Shown in pieces: positions 28,701-40,700 of a stretch of 64,000 nt of DNA. The notes below the pieces were generated by a model. The model made no database searches, was not told where the DNA came from, and saw only the letters and a list, made by a program, of their open reading frames with translations. Numbering within the stretch: the first letter of the stretch is position 1; every line of letters starts with the position of its first letter. A program made the translations under genes and the position numbers. The DNA lies in NCBI GenBank assembly GCA_964410585.1, contig CAYPFW010000001.1:256001-320000 (forward strand), read 5' to 3'. This DNA is from an uncultured archaeon (GTDB lineage Archaea; Aenigmatarchaeota; Aenigmatarchaeia; QMZP01; JACQNV01).

Positions 28701-31700
28701 CCTGAACAATCTTGTGAACAGGTGAATTGATTCTCTCCAGAACCGCACTTTGAATCTCCACAATAACCAGTTCCACCTGACAATCCATCAAAGTATTCGA
28801 ATCCCCATTCCCTTACAACATTATCAACATACCATTTTGCTGTCAAGTTTCCTGTTCCAGAAACAGTTGTCTTTGTCCTGTTGAATGTTGTGTTAATTAG
28901 AGTAGCTGTTCCAGTTGTTATAGCAACATCTGTTGTAAAGTTGGTTATTGTTAAATTGGCAACTGTTACATTTGTAAATCCGCTAACATTGATTGCTGTT
29001 CCTGAACCGCTTCCTGTTATTGATTTTCCATTGCCGTTTATCACAACATTGTTTGCACCAAGTATCAAACAGTTTCCATTTACATTAGAATTGCTCGATA
29101 TTGTTGTCGAAGATGTTATTGTTTGACCACAAGCTGTTATGTTTAAAGTTAGCGTTGTTGTTGAATTAATATTGTTAACAGAATCATTCGCATAGAATCT
29201 GAGTAGGCAAGTTGTTTGGTTTGACAAACATCCCAAATCTGCAGGGGTTGTTGTTATTTGATATTTGTTTGATCCTATGGAGGACATTGATTGGTTAGTT
29301 AGATTTCCAACTATTACAGACGAGATTCCTGAAGCAGAGTCTGATGCAGTTACATTAATTTGGACAGAGGTTGTTGTAGACAATGTACCTAAGCTTGTTT
29401 GAGGCGTTGTAGCAGATGGATTAAGACTATCAATTTTTATTGTTTGATTGCTTACACTTTCAAGATTTCCAATTGTATCATTTGACCTATATCTGAAATA
29501 CGATGTTCCCTGAGTTGATATTTGGACTTGGGATGAGTACACTGAATTAGGTGAGCACGTGTTTGATGTATCTATACAATATATTGTTTTATCACATCCC
29601 AACCCACTTCCATCAGAACATGATAAACTAACATTCACAGTAGAACTGTTAGTAAATGAATTAAATGTGTATGGTGAACCATCTGATTTAATTGCAGATG
29701 GAGCTGTTGAAGGAGCTGATGTATCCAATCTTATTGTCCTCGTGGCTAGTGCCTGCGTATTTCCAGCAGAATCGTTTACAGTTACATTATATGTGTATGT
29801 ACCTTGAACTAGACCTGTCCAGTTAATTGTTCTTTGACCATTAGTGTAGGATGTTGAGTTGACCTGTCCTGCTGTGTTGAACAGCTTAAAGGTTATTGTG
29901 TCCTCATTCAATTCTGTGACTGAAACATTAACAAAAATTGAAGATGATGATATGTTAGATTGATCATTGTTAGTTCCTATTGCATAGGATATTAAAGGAG
30001 AAATCGAGTCTATCTTTATTGTGCTGCTTTTGGTAACTTCAATATTTCCAGCTGTATCATTTGAATTGTATCTTATATACGAAGTTCCCTCAGTAGAAAT
30101 CTGGACAGGTGCTGTGTATACTGTATTTGGCGAGCACGTGTTTGCTGTGTCTGTACAATATAATTTTGTATCACAACCTACACCAGATCCATCTGAACAT
30201 GAAAGGGTTATATTTACATAAGTCGAGTTTGTCCAGCTATTGAACGTATATGATGATGAATCTAATCTGACAGCTGTTGCTGTGGTTGATGGTTTATTTT
30301 GATCTATTCTAAATGTACGTGTCTCTGTTTGGTTTAAGTTTCCTGCTCGATCATATGCAAATATATACCATGTTTCTGTTGTTAGGCCACCTGTGATAGT
30401 CCCATAGTTAATTGTAACAGAATAGTTTCCTGACTGAGTTACTGTAATAGAACTATCATCACCTGTCAGGTGTTTTGTGATATTTTTTACCCCAGATCCC
30501 GAGTCTGTCACATTAAATTGGAAAGTTATTGATGATGTATTAAACTTAGAGTTATTTGCAGGTGAAATTAAAATTGCAGACGGGTTTATTGTGTCAATTC
30601 TCACTGTTCTGGATGGTGTAACATTCATGTTACCCTTTGTGTCGTTTGAATAAACTTTGAATGTGTAAGCTCCATCTACTAATCCAGATTTTACTTTGTT
30701 ACATGAAACAGATGTACCTGACCCCACCTTTGTCATTGACTCATTTTCACCAGCCCATTCTAGGATGCATGTGTCTATATTGCTTGTTGTATCAACAGAT
30801 GTAACATTTATTGTGACTGATGTTGAGGATTGGTTTGAATTGATAGTTGGTGTAGGACTTGCAAAATCAAGAGTTGGAGGCGTTGTATCAGTTGATACTG
30901 TTAAAGTTCTTGTTGCAGATTGGTTTTGGTTGCCCGCATAATCTGTCGCCAAAATATACCAACTGTATGTTGCATCTGCTAGTGATAGTGTAAACAAGTA
31001 GTCACCAGTTGACCCAGATGAATTTGTTTGATTCAGAGAACCGTCTATGTATAAGGACACATTAGCTAAGGTTGTATCTGATACAGTTGAATTAAATGTC
31101 ACAGAGCTTACAGAAGATGTGGACCCACTTGCAGGTGAATTCAAAACAACACTTGGTTTGGTTGTATCTACTGTTACTGTTCTTGTTACACTGACAGCTT
31201 GGTTATTTGCTGTATCGTTGACATAGACCTTGTATGTTTTTGCTCCATTTGACTGTTCTGTTTTGTTTAGATAACAATTTGTTCCTGATCTGGTCATTGT
31301 TGTATTTGTTCCATCATCTAGGAGACACGTGTCTGGATTTGTTTCTGTGAACGTGACATTGACATAATACCAGTTTCTTGAAACATTTGCATTGTTGGCT
31401 TCAGTTGGGGAGACGAATGATGGGATTGTTGGCGCAGTTGTGTCAACACTGAACCGTATTGTTGCTGTATTGCTGTTTCCAACTGCATCTGTTGCTGTTA
31501 TTTGGATTGAATATGTACCGTCTGCCATTGATGTGTTGGTGAAATTAAATGAACTGAAAGAACCAACATTTGAACCGAAAATAGAATTGTTCACAACAAC
31601 ATCAGATGCAGATCCTTGGTTAGTTTCTGTGACTGTTCCTGTGATGTTGATTCTAACACTCGACACATTTTGGTTAGTTGTTGGCGATGTGATTGAGATT

Positions 31701-34700
31701 GTTGGTGATGTGTCATCGACTGTTAGAGTTAGGGTTGTTGTTGCAAAGTTGTTTACTGTGTCATTTGCGTAGAATTTTAAAACACACGAACCATCTGTAG
31801 CTGTGCATCCGAGAGCAGATGCTGTTGTGTTGGTTTGGTATTTGTTTGATCCAATTGAGGACATTGTTATGTTGGTTAGATTGCCTACAATTACAGTTGA
31901 TACGCCACTCGAATCTGTTGCTGTGATGTTGATTTGAAGCCCTGTTGTTGATTTGACTTTGTTGTCTGTGTCATTTGTTGAGACTGAACTAAGAGTTGGT
32001 GCACCTGTATCGACTGTGAAGAATACTTGAGATGATGCAACATTGTTTGTTGAATCGTTTGCATAGATAACTATGTTGTTGGATCCTTCTGATGCTAAGA
32101 ATGTTGTGTTTGGTGTGAATGTTGTGTTGGATTCACTGTTTAAACTATACCACCATTTGCTTATTGTTTCATCTGCTGTTACATTTAGTTGGACTGATGT
32201 TGATCCGTATGTTGTGTTTGTTGGGGATGAGACTGTGATAGTTGGTGCTGTGTTGTCTATGCTTACACTCAAGGTTGTTGTTGTGTTTGAGTTTCCTGCA
32301 TAATCATATACTGTTACTGTTAGTTGGTTTGTTCCTTCTGTTGGTGAGGATTTGATTGTACATGAACCCGTGTACAGGGAACCTGATTGTAGTGTTAGAG
32401 TTGTGTTGGCTGTGCACACATTGCCTAGGTTAACTGTTGCATTTTGTATGCCTGAAGTTGAGTCTGTTAGAGTTGCTCTCAGTGTGATTGTGTCACCTGC
32501 TTTTGCTTTTGTTTGTGAACCTGGATAAGTTGTTGAGTTGGATAGGACAGTTGGATTGGTTCGGTCAATTGTAAATGTTCTTGTTGCAGTTTGTGTGTTG
32601 CCTGCTGTATCGTTTGCTGTTATTAGGACAGAATAGGTTCCTTCTGCAATTGTCGAGTTGGTGAAGTTCCATGAAGTGTATGAACCAACGTTTGAACCGA
32701 AGATTGAATTATTGATTATTATTGTGTCTGAGTTTGTGTCAGATGCTGTTCCTAAAATGGATATTGTTGAGACTGATAAATTGGCGCTTATGGAAGGACT
32801 TGTGATTGAGAGAGAAGGTGCAATTGTGTCAATTGTGAAGCTTCTTGTTGTTGATTGATTTGAATTTCCAACTGTATCATAAACTAGTACAGACCAATTG
32901 TGGTTGCCATCTGCAATTGTTTTTGTAAATATGTATTCACCCGATATACCTGATGTATTTGTTTGGTTCAAAATGTTATCAATGTATAGTGAGACATTTT
33001 GTATTCCTGTTGAGTCTGTTGCTGTTATGTTGAATGTAAGTGAACTAGATGATTGGATCAAACTGTTTGCTGGTGAATTTAGTGTGAGTGATGGGTTTGT
33101 TGCATCAACTACAACCGATAAAGTAGTTGTTGTGTTTGAGTTAGATGCGAAATCTGTTGCTGTGACTGTTAGTGATTTTGTTCCTGAGGTTGCGCTGGAT
33201 AGTTGGCACGTGTTTGTGTAGGATGTGCTTGAACCCTGTTTGTTTAGAGCTAGAGTTGATGAACATCCTAGATCCTGTGCGTTTACAGTAACTGTTTGTA
33301 CTCCAGTTGTTGCATCTGTCACTGTTGCATTTAGGGTAACTGTTTGACCGTTTGTTGCTGAAGTTTGTGAACCTGGATAGGTTGTTGAACGGGCTGTGAC
33401 TGCTGGATTGGATGAATCTATTGTTACTGTTCTTGAATCTGAGACTACTAAGTTTCCAGCTGAATCGTTGACATGAACTCTGTATGTTTTTGTTCCGTCT
33501 GATTGACCAGACAAAGTTATGTTGCATGCTGAACCAATCCTTGTCATTGATTGGTTAGTTGAACCATCATCAAACAGACAGTTGTTTGGATTTGTTTCTG
33601 TGAATGTTAGGTTAACTGTGTAGGATGTTGAAGATTGGTTTGAGCCAGATGCCGGAGTTGGTGAGACAAAACTCAAGGATGTTGGGGATGTGTCATCGAT
33701 TGCAACATTTGCAACTGTAACTGTTGAATTTGAGTTCGCTGAATTGTCTGTTGCATTGATTCTGAATGTGTAGTTTCCATCTGCTACACTGGATACTGAG
33801 AAGGTTGCATTCCATAAATTGCCAGATGGGTTTGTCATTGAAACCCAAGAACCGTTTGTACTGGAATTTTCGTATCTGTATTGGACTGAAGACAAACCAT
33901 CTGAATCTGCGGCAGTTGCGTTGACTACAAAGTTGGATGTGTAGTAACCTGATGTTGGTGTATTTATACTAACTGAACTTGGTGAGTCTGCGACAACAAA
34001 ACTCGATGTTCCTGTCTGGTTTACATTTCCTGCTGAATCATTGAACCACCATAACCACCTGACTGTTTGACCTGCTGTAGCGGTTATTGTTTTTGTTTTT
34101 GTCAGGACTGAACCAGATGTATAGGAAGCAGCTGAGTCATTTGTGAATGAACCTGCTCCATTATCAAAGCTGAAAATATATTTATCTGGGTTTGTGTCTG
34201 TCAAAGTTATGTTGAATTGGATTGATTGGCCTGTTTTTGTTGTACTTGATCCATTTGTTTGGTTAGCTGACCAGGTTGGGTTTGTTGCATCTACTTCAAC
34301 TGAAAAGGAAATAGATGTATTAGAATTTCCTGCAAAATCTGTTGCATTTATTGGAAGGACTTTTGTTCCTGAAGATGCGCCAGACAGCTGGCATGTATTT
34401 GAATAGCTGTTGCTTGAACCTTGTCTATTCAAAGCTAGAGATCCACTACAACCTAATTGAGAAGCATCGACAACAATTGTATTAATTCCTGTTCCAGAAT
34501 CTGTAACTCCTGTTGTATTCAAAATTATTGTTTGACCGTTCCCTATCATGCTTTGGCCAGATGGATAGTTAACTGTTTGCGAACTTATTGTAGGGATTCC
34601 TGTATCAAGTGTGTTTGTCCTTGAAGATGTTGAACCAACATTTCCTGCTGTATCATTGAAATATGTTTTGAAAGAATATGTTCCATCGTTTCTTCCTGTC

Positions 34701-37700
34701 CTATTAAGCGAACATATGCTTCCAGACCTTGTCATTGTATAATTGACTACTGAGCCTGTGTCATTTGATTCGAGCAAACATGTGTCTGGGTTTGTTTCTG
34801 TTAAAGCTATTTCTACATTATACCAATTCTGAGAAAGGTTAGCATTGTTTGCAGCTGTTTGGGAATTGTAGGATGCTGTTGGCGCAGTTGTGTCAACACT
34901 GAACCGTATTGTTGCTGTATTGCTGTTTCCAACTGCATCTGTTGCTGTTATTTGGATTGAATATGTACCGTCTGCCATTGATGTGTTGGTGAAATTAAAT
35001 GAACTGAAAGAACCAACATTTGAACCGAAAATAGAATTGTTCACAACAACATCAGATGCAGATCCTTGGTTAGTTTCTGTGACTGTTCCTGTGATGTTGA
35101 TTCTAACACTCGACACATTTTGGTTAGTTGTTGGCGATGTGATTGAGATTGTTGGTGATGTGTCATCGACTGTTAGAGTTAGGGTTGTTGTTGCAAAGTT
35201 GTTTACTGTGTCATTTGCGTAGAATTTTAAAACACACGAACCATCTGTAGCTGTGCATCCGAGAGCAGATGCTGTTGTGTTGGTTTGGTATTTGTTTGAT
35301 CCAATTGAGGACATTGTTATGTTGGTTAGATTGCCTACAATTACAGTTGATACGCCACTCGAATCTGTTGCTGTGATGTTGATTTGAAGCCCTGTTGTTG
35401 ATTTGACTTTGTTGTCTGTGTCATTTGTTGAGACTGAACTAAGAGTTGGTGCACCTGTATCGACTGTGAAGAATACTTGAGATGATGCAACATTGTTTGT
35501 TGAATCGTTTGCATAGATAACTATGTTGTTGGATCCTTCTGATGCTAAGAATGTTGTGTTTGGTGTGAATGTTGTGTTGGATTCACTGTTTAAACTATAC
35601 CACCATTTGCTTATTGTTTCATCTGCTGTTACATTTAGTTGGACTGATGTTGATCCGTATGTTGTGTTTGTTGGGGATGAGACTGTGATAGTTGGTGCTG
35701 TGTTGTCTATGCTTACACTCAAGGTTGTTGTTGTGTTTGAGTTTCCTGCATAATCATATACTGTTACTGTTAGTTGGTTTGTTCCTTCTGTTGGTGAGGA
35801 TTTGATTGTACATGAACCCGTGTACAGGGAACCTGATTGTAGTGTTAGAGTTGTGTTGGCTGTGCACACATTGCCTAGGTTAACTGTTGCATTTTGTATG
35901 CCTGAAGTTGAGTCTGTTAGAGTTGCTCTCAGTGTGATTGTGTCACCTGCTTTTGCTTTTGTTTGTGAACCTGGATAAGTTGTTGAGTTGGATAGGACAG
36001 TTGGATTGGTTCGGTCAATTGTAAATGTTCTTGTTGCAGTTTGTGTGTTGCCTGCTGTATCGTTTGCTGTTATTAGGACAGAATAGGTTCCTTCTGCAAT
36101 TGTCGAGTTGGTGAAGTTCCATGAAGTGTATGAACCAACGTTTGAACCGAAGATTGAATTATTGATTATTATTGTGTCTGAGTTTGTGTCAGATGCTGTT
36201 CCTAAAATGGATATTGTTGAGACTGATAAATTGGCGCTTATGGAAGGACTTGTGATTGAGAGAGAAGGTGCAATTGTGTCAATTGTGAAGCTTCTTGTTG
36301 TTGATTGATTTGAATTTCCAACTGTATCATAAACTAGTACAGACCAATTGTGGTTGCCATCTGCAATTGTTTTTGTAAATATGTATTCACCCGATATACC
36401 TGATGTATTTGTTTGGTTCAAAATGTTATCAATGTATAGTGAGACATTTTGTATTCCTGTTGAGTCTGTTGCTGTTATGTTGAATGTAAGTGAACTAGAT
36501 GATTGGATCAAACTGTTTGCTGGTGAATTTAGTGTGAGTGATGGGTTTGTTGCATCAACTACAACCGATAAAGTAGTTGTTGTGTTTGAGTTAGATGCGA
36601 AATCTGTTGCTGTGACTGTTAGTGATTTTGTTCCTGAGGTTGCGCTGGATAGTTGGCACGTGTTTGTGTAGGATGTGCTTGAACCCTGTTTGTTTAGAGC
36701 TAGAGTTGATGAACATCCTAGATCCTGTGCGTTTACAGTAACTGTTTGTACTCCAGTTGTTGCATCTGTCACTGTTGCATTTAGGGTAACTGTTTGACCG
36801 TTTGTTGCTGAAGTTTGTGAACCTGGATAGGTTGTTGAACGGGCTGTGACTGCTGGATTGGATGAATCTATTGTTACTGTTCTTGAATCTGAGACTACTA
36901 AGTTTCCAGCTGAATCGTTGACATGAACTCTGTATGTTTTTGTTCCGTCTGATTGACCAGACAAAGTTATGTTGCATGCTGAACCAATCCTTGTCATTGA
37001 TTGGTTAGTTGAACCATCATCAAACAGACAGTTGTTTGGATTTGTTTCTGTGAATGTTAGGTTAACTGTGTAGGATGTTGAAGATTGGTTTGAGCCAGAT
37101 GCCGGAGTTGGTGAGACAAAACTCAAGGATGTTGGGGATGTGTCATCGATTGCAACATTTGCAACTGTAACTGTTGAATTTGAGTTCGCTGAATTGTCTG
37201 TTGCATTGATTCTGAATGTGTAGTTTCCATCTGCTACACTGGATACTGAGAAGGTTGCATTCCATAAATTGCCAGATGGGTTTGTCATTGAAACCCAAGA
37301 ACCGTTTGTACTGGAATTTTCGTATCTGTATTGGACAGTTGAAACTGCTGTGTCATCTGTGACTGTTGCATTGACAACAAAGTTTGAGTTGTACCAGCCT
37401 GCTGTTGGGGTGTTTAGAGTGACTGAAGGAGCTGTTGTATCTCCTGCTGAAATTGTCAGGGTCCTCGTTGCAGATTGGTTTGAGTTTCCAGAAGTATCGT
37501 ATGCTAATATTGACCAATTATGTCCACCAGATGAAAGGGATTTACTGAATGTATATTCTCCAGAAACCCCAGAGGTGTTTGTTGTATTTGCCACCCCATC
37601 AATGTATAGAGTCACATTTGCTACCCCCCCAGAATCTGTGACTGTTGTGTTAAATGTGACAGGGGAACTTGTGGAAGCTGCATCTGCTGGAGAGTTTAAA

Positions 37701-40700
37701 ACAACAGATGGATTGGTTGTATCAGGCCCTGCAGCTGTGCCAACTGTAAATTGTCTAGTTGCTGAGTTTGTTGTATCTGTCCCGTCGTTTGCGTCTGCTC
37801 TCCAGTAGTAGGTGCTATTAGGTAATCTAAACAAGTCTGTTATTTCTGCTGTTGTTAATGTTCTATTAAAGAGTGCGAGACCGTCAATTGTCCCGTTCCA
37901 TTGTCGTGCAGCGGAAAAAGAATCATGACCGATGTTCCATGTACCGCTCGCTGTTTTAACCGCATTCGCATTTGTATCTGTATATGTTTGCAGTGTTCCA
38001 TTTGGATGACCGAGATAGACAGTAACACCCGTAGAAGATACAGCAGCGGCAGCCAAATACCAATTGTTTGTTGACATTACTAAACCTGTTGCCGCATTCC
38101 ACTCATTAGAAGCATCGTCCCAAGAAAATGTAAGTGGGAATCCACTTGCTTGACTTAAAACCAAACCTCTATGGCCGCCCCCCTGTCTACTGCTTGCTAT
38201 TGCTTCCGAGGCAGCTAGCGCCTTTGGATAAACCCATGCAAGCATTGTGAAATTATTTGTATTTGGAACGTTGCTGGATATTGTTGTGCTGACATAATCA
38301 CCACTACTTGCTCCTCTTAATTGCAATCCACCCGCATGGTAGCCTCCTGTTGTGTTTATGAAAGCATTGCCGTTCAGTGTTCCGTGCTGTGCTAGGGTTG
38401 AGTAATCGCTAGCGTTTTTATCAAAATTCCAATAAGATACTAATCCCAGGGCATTGTTTGCATATAGAGAACTGACTACTGGACTTGTCCAATTGTACGT
38501 TAATGTTGTCCCGTTTGATATTCCACTAAAGAAAGCTATCAAATTAGATGCAGACGAGTTGTCTCCATAGATTGAGACATTCAAAGTGTCTGCATCTGGG
38601 TCTGTTACTGTTGTGTTCAAAAGTCTAAATGTTGCTGTGTCAGTTGATGCATTTGCCGGAGAATTAAGTGTTGGAGCAGAAGGTACTGTGTTAGCAACTG
38701 TGAATTGGTTTGTTGCTGATGTTGTTGTGCTTGTTCCGTCTGTTGCGTCTACTTTCCAATAGTAGGTGTCATATCCTAGCCTATAAAGATCTGTTATTTC
38801 AGAGGATGACAGAGAACGGTTAAAAATTGCTACGTCGTCTATTATACCGTTCCAATCTCTTGCTGTATTAGAAGAGTCTCGACCAATATACCAATCACCC
38901 TCTATTGTCTGAGCAGAATTTGAATTACTGTTTGTATATGATTGCAAAGTTCCTCCAGGACTCCCGAGATAAACAACTGCATTTCCTGAATTTATAACAA
39001 CTGCAGCAAAATACCATTGTCCTGTTGATAATGTCAATCCTGTAGCTCCGTTATATTCATTGTCGGCATTATCCCAAGAGAATGTTAGAGGATTACCAGC
39101 TGCTCCACTTAAAAATAAACCTCTGTTTCCACCACCTGCACGACTTCCCAATATCGATTTATAGCTTGCGATTGAATTTGCTTTAACCCACGCTATCATT
39201 GTTCCAGTAGTTAAACTTGTTCCTGCTCCACTGGCCATTGTAAAAGTATCATAATCTCCAGTGCCATCTAATTGGAGACCGCCTGCAAAATATCCACCAG
39301 TTGTGTTTACAAAGGCGTTGCCGTTGTGCGTTGCTGTTTGCCCTCTTCCAGAGAAATCAGAAGCGTTTTTGTCAAAATTCCAGTAGCCAACTAAACCTGT
39401 GCTGCCACTTGGATAAAGTGAGCCAACTGGGAGAGATGTGAAATTGTACGTGAGCTCTGTTCCTGTTGTTGGGTTTTGGAAGAATGCTAAAAGACTGGAA
39501 GCTGTTGTGTTGTCACCATATATTGAAACGTTTATTGCATCTCCATCAGCATCTGTTGGTGCTGTTGTATTTAGTAATCTGAAAGAAGGCTTTGCTGTCG
39601 ATGCATTGCTAGGAGAGTTAAATGTTGGTGTACCCGGAGCATTGTTTCCAACTGTGAATTGGTTTGTTGCAGAGGTTGTTGTTGCAGAGCCGTCATTTGC
39701 ATCTGCTTTCCAGTAGTAGGTTCCATTTCCAAGAGAATATAGAGATGCTATTTCAGCAGACGACAATATTCTATTCCATATCCCAACCTCATCAATTTTA
39801 CCGTTGAACTCATCTGTAGTGAGACTATATGTACTTGACCCAATGGTAACATTTGTTGCATCCTGTATCATGTCATTAGTTATGCTTGTACTATTTTTTA
39901 CAAGAACTCCATTTACATAAAGAAGAACTGTATTTGTAGCATCATCCCTCGATCCCACTACATGAACCCATTGTCCTATTGGAATTGGGTCGGTAGAAGT
40001 TACTGTTTGCCAACTGCTACTTCTCCAATAAAAAGTTAATTGTTCTGTGGGGTCTAATCTCAAATCATATTGAGTGAGACCAGTACTAAGACCCCTTTTG
40101 TTAACGATCTCTTTATATGCAGTATCATTTACAGCATTTATCCATGCAGTTATAGTAACCTTTCCTGTTGAAATATTTAGAGACTGAGAATAAGGTATCT
40201 TTATGTAGTCTGTCACACCATCAAATTGAGCTGCTCCTCCTAGCTTTCCATTGGTTTTATTAAAGAAGGCTCCGCTAATAGTTCCGTTGTTATTGTTTCC
40301 AGAATAATCATTTGCATCAGAATCTAGTTTCCAATATGCCATCAAGCCTGTATCTCCACTGAAAACAGTTGATATTGTTGGTGCCGTCCAGTTGTATGTC
40401 AAAGTTGTTCCACTTGCTTGGTTTTGGAAGAAAGCAATAAGTTCTGTTGATGTTGAGTTGTCACCATATATAGAAACATTCATTGGGTCTGAATCTGGGT
40501 CTGAGACTGTGATGTTAAGGAGCCTGTGTGAATGTTTTGCTGTTGATGCGTTTGTGGGTGAATTAAGAGTTGGTCCAGTTGGCGCTGGATCCACAATGTG
40601 ATCAAACTGAACAGAACCACCCAAAACTTTCAAATCAAACCTGTCTTGGGTTCCTTGGAGATTGGTTAAATAAATCTTGTTGTATTGGTTGTCGTTGAGA

